Shown: positions 27,071-37,153, counted from the stretch's first letter. The stretch: 64,000 nucleotides of DNA from a virus (IMGVR_UViG_3300050821_011467:10261-74260), one strand, 5' to 3'. The notes: generated from the sequence alone by a model not told the origin. Program-made: numbers and translations.

Positions 27071-27255
27071 TGCTCAGTACTCGCTCGGCAGCAGGACTCG
27101 CTCCATACCAGTTTGTCATCCTGGTAAACCGCGACTTCCTTCACCTCGGGTCGGTTCAACAAAGCTACCGCCAACTCTCTGGCGCTGCTGCTGCTGCGAC
27201 GACGCGTCTGCACCACTTCCCCGTTATGGTAGGTGATCATTACAGCGTGCTTCAT
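27067..27255 (-). CDS. hypothetical small protein flanked by a 26-bp direct repeat
   Basis: TGCTCAGTACTCGCTCGGCAGCAGGA at 27071 and 27258. Confidence 0.5.
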   Translation of the reverse strand: MKHAVMITYHNGEVVQTRRRSSSSARELAVALLNRPEVKEVAVYQDDKLVWSESCCRASTEQ

Positions 27256-27260
27256 GATGC

Positions 27261-27617
27261 TCAGTACTCGCTCGGCAGCAGGATGACGTTATTGGTGAGC
27301 CACAAGGCGATCTCCGGCTCCGGGAAATCGGTGTACGGGATTAGCTGGCGGTACACTTCATTGTCGTTGCCGTCCTCGCAGGTGAGGATTGCAACGGCGT
27401 TGCTGCTGACCGCCAGCTTCCACACCTGAAACTCTTCGCTGCTGATCTTGCTGATCCGCTGGGCGAAGACGATTTCGTCCAATAGCCAAAAAGCGCCGGC
27501 GGTTTCGGCGACATATTTCACTCCGTCGGTATAGGTGATTTTTGGGGCTGCCCAATGGCGGTACCACCGCTCGGTCCCGGTGAATTGGGCGAGGGTCGTC
27601 TGGTCAAGCTTTGGCAT
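27261..27617 (-). CDS. DUF6876-family protein
   Basis: LAQFTGTERWYRH...YTDGVKYVAE..GAFWLLDEI...FQVWKL...YTDFP...LLPSEY. Confidence 0.75.
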   Translation of the reverse strand: MPKLDQTTLAQFTGTERWYRHWAAPKITYTDGVKYVAETAGAFWLLDEIVFAQRISKISSEEFQVWKLAVSSNAVAILTCEDGNDNEVYRQLIPYTDFPEPEIALWLTNNVILLPSEY

Positions 27618-27684
27618 GGATTGTCTCTTTTGAAAGGGAATGGCCGTTCTGATAAATTGAACATATGCGCGATATGCGTATATT

Positions 27685-27891
27685 TCAAGGGCTATTTTTA
27701 GTCGGCGGCGGATTATTTTTGAGCCATGCGGCGTAGCGTTCTAACCAGCTCGCCTTATCGTCCGGGAGCCGCGCTCGACCGCGCTCGGCTTGGCGCAGTG
27801 AGGCTTCCGAGGCATAGCCCAGCAGGCGTGCGAGATTGCCGCGGCTGCGTCCAATGGTGGCGATGATCTGGCGCAATCGCTCGGGGGTCAT
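27685..27891 (-). CDS. small HTH protein
   Basis: MTPERLRQIIATIGRSRGNLARLLG...LRQAERGRARLP. Confidence 0.6.
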   Translation of the reverse strand: MTPERLRQIIATIGRSRGNLARLLGYASEASLRQAERGRARLPDDKASWLERYAAWLKNNPPPTKNSP

Positions 27892-28331
27892 GCGTGCTCG
27901 GCTAATAGGTCGCGCAGCTGCTGCTCGGAAAACACTGACGCGACGATTTGCTTGCCGGCTCTCTCGCCAATTTCGGTTAGCCAGCCGCCCAGCTTGACGC
28001 ATTCGGTGCCGGTCGATTGGCCGAGCGTTTTGCCAGTTGGTAGCATGAAATCGAGCAGGCAAATTTGCGCCTTGATGCTGTCGATCATCTCCCGTGACGG
28101 CAGCCGGGGCGCGGTGTGGGCGTAGGATCGATAGTTGTTGATAAACCAATACTCAACGATGCTTTCGATATATTCCGGATGAGCCTCAATTTCGGCGAGG
28201 CAGAGGTCAAGCAATTCTTCCCTGCTTGCCTGTGGATTATCGGCAGCTAGTTGAAAGAGCAGAGCGCGCGGGTTATCGGCCTTGTAAGATTGGGCTTTGG
28301 TCGCTCCCCAAGGGGCAAGTGTTCGATTCAT
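27888..28331 (-). CDS. hypothetical phage protein
   Basis: ATGA coupled; LLDFMLPTGKTL...GGWL. Confidence 0.55.
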   Translation of the reverse strand: MNRTLAPWGATKAQSYKADNPRALLFQLAADNPQASREELLDLCLAEIEAHPEYIESIVEYWFINNYRSYAHTAPRLPSREMIDSIKAQICLLDFMLPTGKTLGQSTGTECVKLGGWLTEIGERAGKQIVASVFSEQQLRDLLAEHA

Positions 28332-28651
28332 ATCTTGATCCCCAGTTCTTTGAGTGCAATCAACGCTGCTCGCTCGCGCTGACGGCGCTCGCGTTTGTAT
28401 TCGAGCTGTTGGGCATTTTTGGCGGTACGGTCGCGCGTCAGATCGTGCCAGCGCCACGCACAGCGCTTGGAGCATTGTTTTTGATCCGATCGTCGCGGGG
28501 AATAGTCGCGACCACACACTCGGCATTTGCGGAGTTTTACGGATTGCCCCGCCGATCCCACAGAAAATCGGATGGCTTGCCCGGTTTCATTTGCGCAGCC
28601 CCGCCAAACAGGTCCGGCAATATATATAAGCGCGTTCCACGCATAAGGCAA
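28328..28651 (-). CDS. zinc-finger hypothetical protein
   Basis: CRVCG...QCSKRC; start uncertain. Confidence 0.45.
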   Translation of the reverse strand: MPYAWNALIYIAGPVWRGCANETGQAIRFSVGSAGQSVKLRKCRVCGRDYSPRRSDQKQCSKRCAWRWHDLTRDRTAKNAQQLEYKRERRQRERAALIALKELGIKI

Positions 28652-28694
28652 ACGGGCAATTGCAGGCCGCCGCTGCGCTTTGGGGGCGAGGCCG

Positions 28695-30701
28695 ATGTTC
28701 CATCGCTACATCCCCCAGGTCCGATTGCACCTGTGGTGGCACGGCGCGCGTGATGCGGGTGAGTTTAAGGAGAGCGAGCACCCGCGCGAGAAGAGCAGCG
28801 GCAAATTCACCAAAGGGGGCGGTGGCGGCGGCTCTGGCGCAAAGGCGGTTCCGACGCCCCCGCAGATCAAGTCGACCCATGCGACCAATGTCGGCAAGCA
28901 GAAGCATTTGAACGCGCTGCATGCGCTGGCCGAGGCGGGCTCGTGGGAGCAGATCGCGGCGTACCCGACACCGGGCTCCAACACCTACGCCAAGATGGTG
29001 CAGAAGTACAAAGCCGACCTGCTCAAACATGCCCCGGAGGGCACGCCCGAGCCGGCCGAGATTAAGACGCCGGAACCAAAAGCCGAGCCGAAAGCGGCGG
29101 TCTATGGGCCGTTAAAAAACGCGATAAAGGCCAAGGGGTTTCAGCCAGTCGGTGGCGCCACGGCTTCAGGCAAAGAACTGTACAACCATCCTGAAACCGA
29201 CTTTAGCGTGATTGTGGAGCCGCCGACTAACCCAAGCAGCATGATGGGCTCGTCAGCCTGGACGCTCTACAGTCCGGACGGCGACGCGGTCGCCAACGAT
29301 TTCGGTTGGGTGTCGCTCTCGAACGCGATCTCGAAAGCAAACCAGGCCGCGGCCGCTCCAGCCGCGCCAAAGCACAATATTGCCGCCCCCGTCGATCTCG
29401 CCGGGATGGAGCAGACCGGCCCCAAGCTCGGCAGCAATCCAGGCGGCACCTACAAGGCTCCGGACGGCAAGGAGTATTACGTCAAGATCCCCAAGAGCGA
29501 CGATCACGCCAAGAATGAAATGCTGGCCGCTGCATTGTTCGGCGCAGCGGGCGGCAACACCCTGGTCTATCATCCGGTCAACACCCCCGACGGCAAGCTC
29601 GCAGTCGGCACCGAGAAGGAAAAGCTTGATAAGGACAATATCTCGCAGCTGAGCCCAGCGGAGAAACAACAGGCGCAGCGCGATTTCGCACTGCACGCCT
29701 GGCTCGCTAATTGGGATGCTGCCGGGCTGACCGGCGATAATGTCGGCACTGTCGGCAACACCGTCTTGCCGCTCGATTTTGGCGGGTCGTTGCTCTATCG
29801 CGCGCAAGGCGCCCCTAAGGGCGCAGCCTTTGGCAACCAGGCCGACGAGTGGACCACTCTGCGGAACTCGTCCAAGAACCCGTCATCGGCCAAGCTCTAC
29901 GGCGACATGACCAAGGAGCAACTGCTCGAATCGGCGCAGCGGCTCGGCTCGATCAGCAATCAGGATATCGTCGACCTCGTCAACCGGTTCGGCCCGGGCG
30001 ATCTAAAAGCCAAGGTTGAGCTTGCGCAGAAACTCGCCGAACGCCGCAACAACGTGATGCAACAGGCGGCTGCCGAGGCCAAGAAGCCCGCACCACCGCC
30101 GCCCGAGCCGCCCGACACGCCCAAGCCGCTGTCGTCCGCCGCTGCGGCGCCGCCCAAGCCGCACGCGGAAATCAAAGAGTTGATCGACAGCAAGCAGTTT
30201 AGCGCCGCTTACCACGCGCTTGAATCGCACGCGCCGAAGATCACCGATACCCAGGCGAGCGCTTTGAGCAATTACAAGGGCGCCTCCTACCAAGACATGA
30301 ATGAGTGCATGCGCAGCCAGGACAACTGCAAGGATGTCCGGGTAAAGGAGCTGCAGGATTGGCTGGCGCAGGCCAAAACGCCGATGCCGATGACAGTGTG
30401 GCGCCGGCTCAAAGGGGCATTCGCCGACGCGCTCTATTCGGTCGGCACGGTCGGCATGCGTTTTCAGGAGCGCGGCTTTCTGTCGACCTCGCTTGATCCG
30501 GGGCCGATGTCAACCTGGGGCAAACTGACGATGGAAATTCAGGCGCCGGAGGGAATGCCCGGCACCACCGTCAACAACAACACGGAAAGCGAAGTGCTGT
30601 TCAATCGCGGCATCCACCTGACGATCAAGAGCTTTGACCGCAACAAAAAGCACATGGTGGTGACGATGGACGCGGGTAAGCCGGGTGAGGAGTTGGGCTA
30701 G
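28695..30701 (+). CDS. fusion of a PI3K/HipA-like kinase-fold domain and a VIP2/C3-type ADP-ribosyltransferase
   Basis: N-terminal FKESEHPR...GKF; GSNPGG..YYVK..NEMLA..WLANWD...DNV...LDFGGSL; C-terminal VWRR / GFLSTS / ESEVL (R-S-E triad). Confidence 0.8.
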   Translation: MFHRYIPQVRLHLWWHGARDAGEFKESEHPREKSSGKFTKGGGGGGSGAKAVPTPPQIKSTHATNVGKQKHLNALHALAEAGSWEQIAAYPTPGSNTYAKMVQKYKADLLKHAPEGTPEPAEIKTPEPKAEPKAAVYGPLKNAIKAKGFQPVGGATASGKELYNHPETDFSVIVEPPTNPSSMMGSSAWTLYSPDGDAVANDFGWVSLSNAISKANQAAAAPAAPKHNIAAPVDLAGMEQTGPKLGSNPGGTYKAPDGKEYYVKIPKSDDHAKNEMLAAALFGAAGGNTLVYHPVNTPDGKLAVGTEKEKLDKDNISQLSPAEKQQAQRDFALHAWLANWDAAGLTGDNVGTVGNTVLPLDFGGSLLYRAQGAPKGAAFGNQADEWTTLRNSSKNPSSAKLYGDMTKEQLLESAQRLGSISNQDIVDLVNRFGPGDLKAKVELAQKLAERRNNVMQQAAAEAKKPAPPPPEPPDTPKPLSSAAAAPPKPHAEIKELIDSKQFSAAYHALESHAPKITDTQASALSNYKGASYQDMNECMRSQDNCKDVRVKELQDWLAQAKTPMPMTVWRRLKGAFADALYSVGTVGMRFQERGFLSTSLDPGPMSTWGKLTMEIQAPEGMPGTTVNNNTESEVLFNRGIHLTIKSFDRNKKHMVVTMDAGKPGEELG

Positions 30702-30928
30702 CGCTTGTCGTAATGGACGTGAATTTGCGGTCGGCGCCGGGCGCGATCCTGCTCGCGTTGCTTGTGCCGCCACAACTCGCCGAGGCTGACCTTCTCGCCG
30801 TCGGGCATCACCACGTCGACTTGGTCGGCATGCTCGGCGACAAAGCGGTTTTCATCGGTTGGCTCGGGCAACTGAGCCGGTGGGTCTTGGGCCAGATTTC
30901 TTCTCCTTCGTGTTAGAGATATAATCAT
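30698..30928 (-). CDS. small hypothetical protein
   Basis: Convergent with the ART gene; ends QIHVHYDKR; start uncertain. Confidence 0.45.
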   Translation of the reverse strand: MIISLTRRRRNLAQDPPAQLPEPTDENRFVAEHADQVDVVMPDGEKVSLGELWRHKQREQDRARRRPQIHVHYDKR

Positions 30929-31869
30929 TGCCTGCGAAAATTGCGACCGCGCCGCACGGGGCCGAGCGCATCGCGCTGCGCGCCACGGCTGCCTTGATAC
31001 CCTACGCCCGCAACCCGCGCACCCATTCTGACGATCAGGTGGCGCAGATCGCCGCTTCGATCAGGGAATTCGGTTTTACCAACCCGGTGCTGGTTGACGG
31101 CGCCGGCGGGATCATCGCCGGGCATGGCCGCGTGCTGGCGGCGCAGCAGCTCGGCCTGGCCGAAGTGCCGACCATCGCGCTGGGCTATCTGACGCCGATA
31201 CAGCGCCGTGCCTACGTCATTGCCGACAACCAGCTCGCGTTAAATGCCGGCTGGAACCTTGAGCTGCTGCGCCTCGAGATGCAGGCGCTCGACACCGATC
31301 ACTTTGACCTGTCGCTGACCGGGTTTGGCGAGGATCAGCTCGCCGATCTGTTGGCTGGGCGCGATCTGCCTGAATTCACCGGCGAGTTTGAGTGGTACAC
31401 GCCAGCAGAAATCATCGAACCTGCACGATCCGTCCTCGGTGGGATCGATCTAGACCCGGCTTCGAGCGAGACGGCACAACGCACAATCCGGGCGAAGCGG
31501 TACTACACCCGAGAGGATGACGGGCTGAGCAGGAAGTGGCGCGGGCGCGTCTGGCTCAATCCTCCGTATGCGGCCAATCTGGTCGGCAAGTTCGTCGCCA
31601 AGCTCTGCGAGCATGTTGCTGCGGGTGATGTTAAGGCCGCAATCATGCTGGTCGACGACAGAACCGATACTAGGTGGTTTCACGCGGCCGCTGTTGCGGC
31701 GGAGCGGATCTGCTTTCCTGCAGGTCGCATCCACTTCGTCCGTCCCGCGGGCGATCCGGGCGGGCCGCTGAACGGCTCGGCGCTGTTCTATTTTGGCGGT
31801 GCGCCCGATGCTTTCGAGGATGTCTTTGGCAAGATCGGCTTGGTGTTATGTCGGACCACTAAACCATGA
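30928..31869 (+). CDS. ParB-like domain fused to a phage N6-adenine DNA methyltransferase
   Basis: YARNPRTHS...FGFTNPVLVD...IIAGHGR; EWYTP...IDLDPAS...VWLNPPY. Confidence 0.9.
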   Translation: MPAKIATAPHGAERIALRATAALIPYARNPRTHSDDQVAQIAASIREFGFTNPVLVDGAGGIIAGHGRVLAAQQLGLAEVPTIALGYLTPIQRRAYVIADNQLALNAGWNLELLRLEMQALDTDHFDLSLTGFGEDQLADLLAGRDLPEFTGEFEWYTPAEIIEPARSVLGGIDLDPASSETAQRTIRAKRYYTREDDGLSRKWRGRVWLNPPYAANLVGKFVAKLCEHVAAGDVKAAIMLVDDRTDTRWFHAAAVAAERICFPAGRIHFVRPAGDPGGPLNGSALFYFGGAPDAFEDVFGKIGLVLCRTTKP

Positions 31870-32342
31870 AAAACCGTTTTAAGATCGAGCAAGTCGCCGA
31901 GGCGCTGCGCAAGAGTGCCGGCATTCAGGCGGGCGCCGCAAGAATTCTCGGCTGCACCCGTCAGGCCATCAGTCTATACGTCGCGCGCTATCCGCAATTG
32001 GCGCGGGTCGTCGACGACGCGGTAGAATTTAATCTCGACCTCGCCGAGACCAAGTTGATCGACGCGGTCAACCAGGGTGAGATGACCGCGATCAAATTTT
32101 ACTTAGAAACCAAGGGTAAGAGCCGCAACTACACCAGGCGCCATGAAGTCACTGGCGCCAACGGTGGTGCAATCGAGGTGACCGGTGCCCGAGACAGACT
32201 CATCGCAACCCTCGACGAAATGGCAGAACGTCTTGCCATCGGGAATGCCGAGCTTGGATCTATCACCAGCCGAGCGCCTGATTCAGGAGCTAAACCAAAC
32301 GGAGCGGGCGCAATTACTGAGGAAACAACTCAGCGACATTGA
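31866..32342 (+). CDS. terminase small subunit
   Basis: N-terminal HTH, AIKFYLETKGK..Y...EVTGANGGAIE; directly upstream of the large subunit. Confidence 0.75.
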   Translation: MKNRFKIEQVAEALRKSAGIQAGAARILGCTRQAISLYVARYPQLARVVDDAVEFNLDLAETKLIDAVNQGEMTAIKFYLETKGKSRNYTRRHEVTGANGGAIEVTGARDRLIATLDEMAERLAIGNAELGSITSRAPDSGAKPNGAGAITEETTQRH

Positions 32343-33585
32343 CGCGGCGGGGCTGGTTTATGATTGGCCGTTCTGGGCCCGCCCCTCGCAATTGCCGCCG
32401 GCTGACCCCGATTGGGTCTATTTTATGCTCATGGCCGGGCGCGGAAGCGGCAAAACCCGCAGCGGCGCCGAGTACATTCGAAACGTTAAAAATGTCGCTT
32501 CGCCAATTGCCCTGATCGGCGCCACCGCGGCTGACGTCCGCGACGTCATGGTGCGCGGCCCGGCGGGGTTGCTCTCCATTGCGCCGCCCGGTGACTATCC
32601 CGACTACCAGCCGAGCAACCGGCGGGTCGTGTGGAAGAACGGCGCCGAGGCGCTGATGTTCTCGGCCGAGGAGCCGGACCGGCTGCGGGGACCGCAGTTT
32701 GCAGCAGGTTGGTGCGACGAAATTTCGAGCTGGTCTTATCCGGACGACACCTGGTCAAACTTCCTGTTTGGGCTGCGCCTCGGCAAAAACCCGCGTGCGG
32801 TAATCACCACGACCCCGCGACCGATCAAGCTGGTCCGCGAGCTGATCGCCGACCCGCAATGCCGCGTCAGCCGGACCTCGAGCTACGCCAACCGCGCTCA
32901 CCTGGCGCCCGCATTCTTTTCAAAGATCATCGCCCGGTATGAGGGGACGAGGCTCGGCCGCCAGGAGATCTATGCCGAGCTCCTCGATGATGTGCCGGGT
33001 GCGCTATGGACTCGCGACAACCTCGAACGCGACCGGTTGCCGTTTGGCACCAAGCTTCCCGAGATGGCGCGCATCGTCATCGGTCTTGATCCCGCAGTCA
33101 CCAGCGGTGAAGACTCGGACGAGACCGGCATTATCGTTTGCGCCAAAGATTATCAGGGGCAAGCCTACGTGCTGGCCGACCGCAGCGGGCACTATCAGCC
33201 GACCGAGTGGGCGCGCGAGGCCGTCGCGCAGTACCACCATCCTGACCGCCCCGCCGACCGCATCATCGCCGAAATCAACAACGGCGGCGAAATGGTCGAG
33301 CACACCTTGCGAATGGTCGACCCCGGCGTCCCGGTCAAGACGGTGCACGCTTCGCGCGGCAAGGTCATTCGCGCCGAGCCGATATCCGCGCTCTACGAAA
33401 AGGGGCGCGTCCATCACGTCGGGTTTTTCCCGCTGCTCGAAGATTCAATGACGAGTTTCACGGTCGACTACGACCGGTCGGTCAATGGTTCGCCGGATCG
33501 AATTGATGCTCTGGTTTGGGCCTTAACCGAGCTGTTGGTCGAGGACGCGGGTAATGCCTATCTCGAATCCTGGGGAAGGTGGTAG
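32245..33585 (+). CDS. terL: terminase large subunit
   Basis: AGRGSGKT Walker A; LRGPQF...WCDE; TTTP; IGLDPA; SPDRIDA. Confidence 0.95.
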   Translation: MPSLDLSPAERLIQELNQTERAQLLRKQLSDIDAAGLVYDWPFWARPSQLPPADPDWVYFMLMAGRGSGKTRSGAEYIRNVKNVASPIALIGATAADVRDVMVRGPAGLLSIAPPGDYPDYQPSNRRVVWKNGAEALMFSAEEPDRLRGPQFAAGWCDEISSWSYPDDTWSNFLFGLRLGKNPRAVITTTPRPIKLVRELIADPQCRVSRTSSYANRAHLAPAFFSKIIARYEGTRLGRQEIYAELLDDVPGALWTRDNLERDRLPFGTKLPEMARIVIGLDPAVTSGEDSDETGIIVCAKDYQGQAYVLADRSGHYQPTEWAREAVAQYHHPDRPADRIIAEINNGGEMVEHTLRMVDPGVPVKTVHASRGKVIRAEPISALYEKGRVHHVGFFPLLEDSMTSFTVDYDRSVNGSPDRIDALVWALTELLVEDAGNAYLESWGRW

Positions 33586-33878
33586 GCGGACCGGTCGGAG
33601 GGGACGTCGGTTATTTGATGGTCCGCTGGCTCAAATTCGGGGAGAGGGTTTTTACTGCCCATAAATACTACCCAGCGTTTCCATTGGCGCTCATCGCCAG
33701 CCTCTTGCCAATCGCGCCACGGTCCTGCCGACCAACCGAGACGGTGATAGCACCAGTGCTCGCAGTAATGCCCAGGATAGCCAGGTAGAGGGTCTCCTCG
33801 TTTGCAGAGTTGCACATTGCGTATTTCGTGCTTATTGCGTGGCCATCCTTGTTCATCAATGCGATTCGACTGAGCCAT
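33558..33878 (-). CDS. antisense-oriented hypothetical protein between terminase and portal
   Basis: 106-aa ORF filling the gap. Confidence 0.5.
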   Translation of the reverse strand: MAQSNRIDEQGWPRNKHEIRNVQLCKRGDPLPGYPGHYCEHWCYHRLGWSAGPWRDWQEAGDERQWKRWVVFMGSKNPLPEFEPADHQITDVPSDRSAYHLPQDSR

Positions 33879-33927
33879 CTTGCCCCCTAAACAATGTTGT
33901 ACCTTTTTATCAGCGCGGGAGAAATGA

Positions 33928-35535
33928 ATGCTTACTCCCGAGCCGATGCGCGTGCGGGTGGCGGCGAGCAGCCGTGATCTAAAGACCGGCGAGATCAGTC
34001 ACCCATCCGGACCGGTAAGCGACAGTTATCAGAACTTTCTGGCCAGTATTGGCCAACACACCAACAACCTCTCGGCCGGCAGCACTTATGGGTTTAACCC
34101 GCTCAGTCGCGAGCGGATCATGCTCGAGTGGATGTATCGCAGCAGCTGGGTGTGCGGTGTCGCTGTCGATGCTGTCGCCGACGATATGGTCAAGATGGGC
34201 ATCGATTTTGGCGGCACGATCCCGCCCGAGGATGCCGATCAGCTCGAAAAGACGTTGAATACATTGCAGCTTTGGGCTTCGCTTAACGAGCTCATAAAAT
34301 GGGGGCGCTTATACGGTGGCGCCATTGCCGTCATCGATATCGAGGGGCAAGACCCGGCGACGCCATTGCGGGTCGAGACCGTCGGCAAGGGGATGTTCAA
34401 GGGGCTGTCGGTCTTTGATCGCTGGATGGTCGAGCCGTCGCTGAATGATCTGATCACCCAGATGGGCCCGGATCGCGGGTTGCCGAGGTATTATCGCACC
34501 CACGCCGACGCCTACAGCATCCCGCAGATGACGGTGCATTACAGCCGCATCATTCGTTACGAGGGCATTCCGCTCCCTTACTGGCAGCGGGTGCAGGAAA
34601 ATCTCTGGGGCATGTCTATTTACGAGCGCCTGTGGGACCGGCTAACGGCGTTTGACAGCTCGACCCAGGGTGTCGCGCAGCTGGTCTATCGGGCCTATCT
34701 GCGCATCGTCAAATTGAAGGATCTGCGCGAAGTCGCTTCGATGAGCCAGGAGGCGCAGCGCGGGCTGATGCGCCGGATCGAGCTGATGACCCGGTTTCAA
34801 TCGAGCGAGGGCATCACCGTGCTCGGCGAAGGCGACGAGTTCCAATCGATCGCTTACGCCTTTGGCGGGCTCGACAGCGTGCTTCTCCAGTTCGGTCAGC
34901 AGTTGTGCGGCGCGCTCCAGATCCCTGGTGTGCGTCTGTTTGGCCAGTCGCCCGCTGGGCTGAACGCAACCGGCGACTCGGACTGGAGAAACTATTTTGA
35001 TGGCATTCACCAGCAACAGGAATTGCGCCTGCGCCGCCCGGTGACCACCGTGCTGCATGTGCTCGCTCAGTCGGACGGGGTCAAATTGCCCGATGAATGG
35101 AATTACCAGTTCCGCAACCTGTGGCAGATGACCACGGTCGAAAAATCCCAGGTCGCCGAGACCAACACCCGCACCATCCTGGCCGCCGACGAGCTCGGCA
35201 TCCTGCCGCGCAAGACCATCCTCCAGGAGCTGCGCCAGGCCAGCCGCGAGTCGGGGATCTGGCAGACCATCACCGACGAGCAGATCGAGGCGGCGGATAT
35301 GCAGCTGCCGCCCGGAATGCCCGGAATGCCCGGAATGCCCGGAATGCCCGGAATGCCGGGACAGCCGCAAGCCGGCGTGGCGGGGCAGTCTGGGAAAGCT
35401 GAGCCGCCGGGCGGGAAACCGCCGGTACCGCTGCCCAAGATCCCTGATCTGCACCTGCACGCGCCCACGGGGCAAACCGCGGTGCTGCACACCCACTATG
35501 ACGAGCCGCCTGATAAATCCAACGGCGCGGGATGA
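33928..35535 (+). CDS. portal protein (DUF1073 family)
   Basis: MYRSSWVCGVAVDAVADDM, WGRLYGGA, RLFGQSPAGLNATGDSD..NYFD. Confidence 0.9.
   Translation: MLTPEPMRVRVAASSRDLKTGEISHPSGPVSDSYQNFLASIGQHTNNLSAGSTYGFNPLSRERIMLEWMYRSSWVCGVAVDAVADDMVKMGIDFGGTIPPEDADQLEKTLNTLQLWASLNELIKWGRLYGGAIAVIDIEGQDPATPLRVETVGKGMFKGLSVFDRWMVEPSLNDLITQMGPDRGLPRYYRTHADAYSIPQMTVHYSRIIRYEGIPLPYWQRVQENLWGMSIYERLWDRLTAFDSSTQGVAQLVYRAYLRIVKLKDLREVASMSQEAQRGLMRRIELMTRFQSSEGITVLGEGDEFQSIAYAFGGLDSVLLQFGQQLCGALQIPGVRLFGQSPAGLNATGDSDWRNYFDGIHQQQELRLRRPVTTVLHVLAQSDGVKLPDEWNYQFRNLWQMTTVEKSQVAETNTRTILAADELGILPRKTILQELRQASRESGIWQTITDEQIEAADMQLPPGMPGMPGMPGMPGMPGQPQAGVAGQSGKAEPPGGKPPVPLPKIPDLHLHAPTGQTAVLHTHYDEPPDKSNGAG
35311..35355 (+). 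repeat. 9-bp tandem repeat (CCCGGAATG)x5
   Basis: Encodes PGM x5 in the portal C-terminal tail. Confidence 0.9.
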
Positions 35536-35981
35536 AGGTGCCCATTAGCTTTTGCCGTTACCTGCTGTAACCGCTTCAATCGCGTGGCCGAGCGCTGGCG
35601 GGCGATTTTCAACTCCTTCTGTAGCTTCTTGTTGTCGGCTTCCAAGCGCTCGCGGACTTGATCGCGCCATGTCCCATTCAGATACTGGTCGGCAGACTCT
35701 ATGGTCGGCAGCGCGTTCGGTTCGAATTGTCCACAAAAATGATTTGACCAATATTCTTTCCACTCAGGAAAGAGCGTGCAGCGGATTTTAATCGCTCTGT
35801 TCGCCGCGCGCACATACTCACGGGCGTGCCGCCAATCCCACTCGCACTGTCGTTCGGCCAAATGATCGGCGCAGGGCACCTCGCGCCAGTTCCCGGCAGG
35901 CGGCTCAGACAATCGTGAATGAGCGCATTGCAAACATATGACGCTCTGTGCGCCGCCCGAATACGTACGAAATACGGTCAC
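35496..35981 (-). CDS. antisense-oriented Cys-containing hypothetical protein
   Basis: 161 aa; GGAG RBS; lies between portal and MuF. Confidence 0.55.
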   Translation of the reverse strand: MTVFRTYSGGAQSVICLQCAHSRLSEPPAGNWREVPCADHLAERQCEWDWRHAREYVRAANRAIKIRCTLFPEWKEYWSNHFCGQFEPNALPTIESADQYLNGTWRDQVRERLEADNKKLQKELKIARQRSATRLKRLQQVTAKANGHLHPAPLDLSGGSS

Positions 35982-36036
35982 TAGCTCTACTCCCTGTGAA
36001 ACTCGGATGGCTCCGGCATTTTAATGGTACGGCGGA

Positions 36037-36996
36037 ATGAGAGGCAACCAGCGCGGCGTTTCCGAGAGCTACGATCCCGAAGGCTCCTGGTTCCGTGGTT
36101 GGTCGCCATTCGTCACCCGCCCCGGCGGGTTGCTCGGCCGCGGCGCCCATGTCGGGTTTGAGGCAGCCAGGCGAGCGGCCACACGAGCTCGCCGGGCCGA
36201 GACCCAGTTCGCCCAGCAGCTGCGTCACATGGCGCGCACGATCGGTCACATCGTCGGCTCGATGTACGAGAGCGATCCGACCGAATGGTGGCGCATCCGC
36301 GAGGCGCTCGAGCATTATGGACAGCTGATCACGCCATGGGCCAACGCAGTCGCACAGCGTCAGCTCGCCGAGGTGTCGCGCCGCGACGCTGCGTCATGGC
36401 ATGAGCACGGGCGACTAATCAGCCGGGCGCTTGGGCAGGAGATCGCCACAGCGCCGCTCGGCCCGACCCTGCAGGGGCTGCTCGCTAACCAGGTGCATCT
36501 AATCACCAGCCTGCCGCGCGAGGTCGCCGAGCAGGTGCAGCAGTTGTCGGTCGAGGCGATGACCGCCGGCAGCCGATGGGAAGACTTGGTGCCGTGGGTC
36601 AAGGAACGGCTGATCGCCACCGGCGGCAATGCATTAGCCCGCGCCAACTTGATCGCCCGCACCGAAACCGGCCGCGCCGCAACCGAGATCCAGCGGGTGC
36701 GCGCCGAGCACGTCGGCAGCGAGGGGTATGTGTGGCGAACCGCTAGGGATCGCGACGTGCGCCAGCGTCACAAGGAGCTCGAGGGCACTTTCCATAGATG
36801 GGATGACCCGCCGGTGGCCACTGATCGCGGGCAGCGCGAGGTCAGGGCGCACCCCGGGTCGATCTACAACTGCCGGTGTTTTCCCGAGATCGTGCTGCCG
36901 AGCGAAGTGCCGCAGCTGGGGCCACGGCTACGCAACCCGGCCCACTTAGCCGCGCTGCGCGCCCAGGGCTACACCGAGGGCACCGCCTTCGAATAG
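36037..36996 (+). CDS. MuF / SPP1 gp7-like minor head protein
   Basis: RANLIARTE; YVWRTARDRDVR..H..LEG; HPG.IYNCRC. Confidence 0.92.
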   Translation: MRGNQRGVSESYDPEGSWFRGWSPFVTRPGGLLGRGAHVGFEAARRAATRARRAETQFAQQLRHMARTIGHIVGSMYESDPTEWWRIREALEHYGQLITPWANAVAQRQLAEVSRRDAASWHEHGRLISRALGQEIATAPLGPTLQGLLANQVHLITSLPREVAEQVQQLSVEAMTAGSRWEDLVPWVKERLIATGGNALARANLIARTETGRAATEIQRVRAEHVGSEGYVWRTARDRDVRQRHKELEGTFHRWDDPPVATDRGQREVRAHPGSIYNCRCFPEIVLPSEVPQLGPRLRNPAHLAALRAQGYTEGTAFE

Positions 36997-37153
36997 GTGA
37001 GGCGAGAAGCCAGCGAGTCCTGCCCAAGGCGCGCCGGTTAACTCATCCGCTTCCTCGATGGTCCCGGCGAGGTCGCGATCCCCGATCCTGCCATCGTCAA
37101 CCCTTGTTGGGCCGCCTCGCTGACGATCCTAAACAATGCGGCGGGGGTCGCCA

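Noticed and set aside
13727-31869. The two ParB-domain genes as a phage parABS system
   Set aside because: They carry only the ParB/Srx N-terminal domain fused to a coiled coil or a methyltransferase; no parA and no clear parS-binding HTH
33928-35535. Anti-CBASS Acb1 function sometimes attached to DUF1073 proteins
   Set aside because: Position and motifs fit a portal; no 2H-phosphoesterase HxT pair domain is evident
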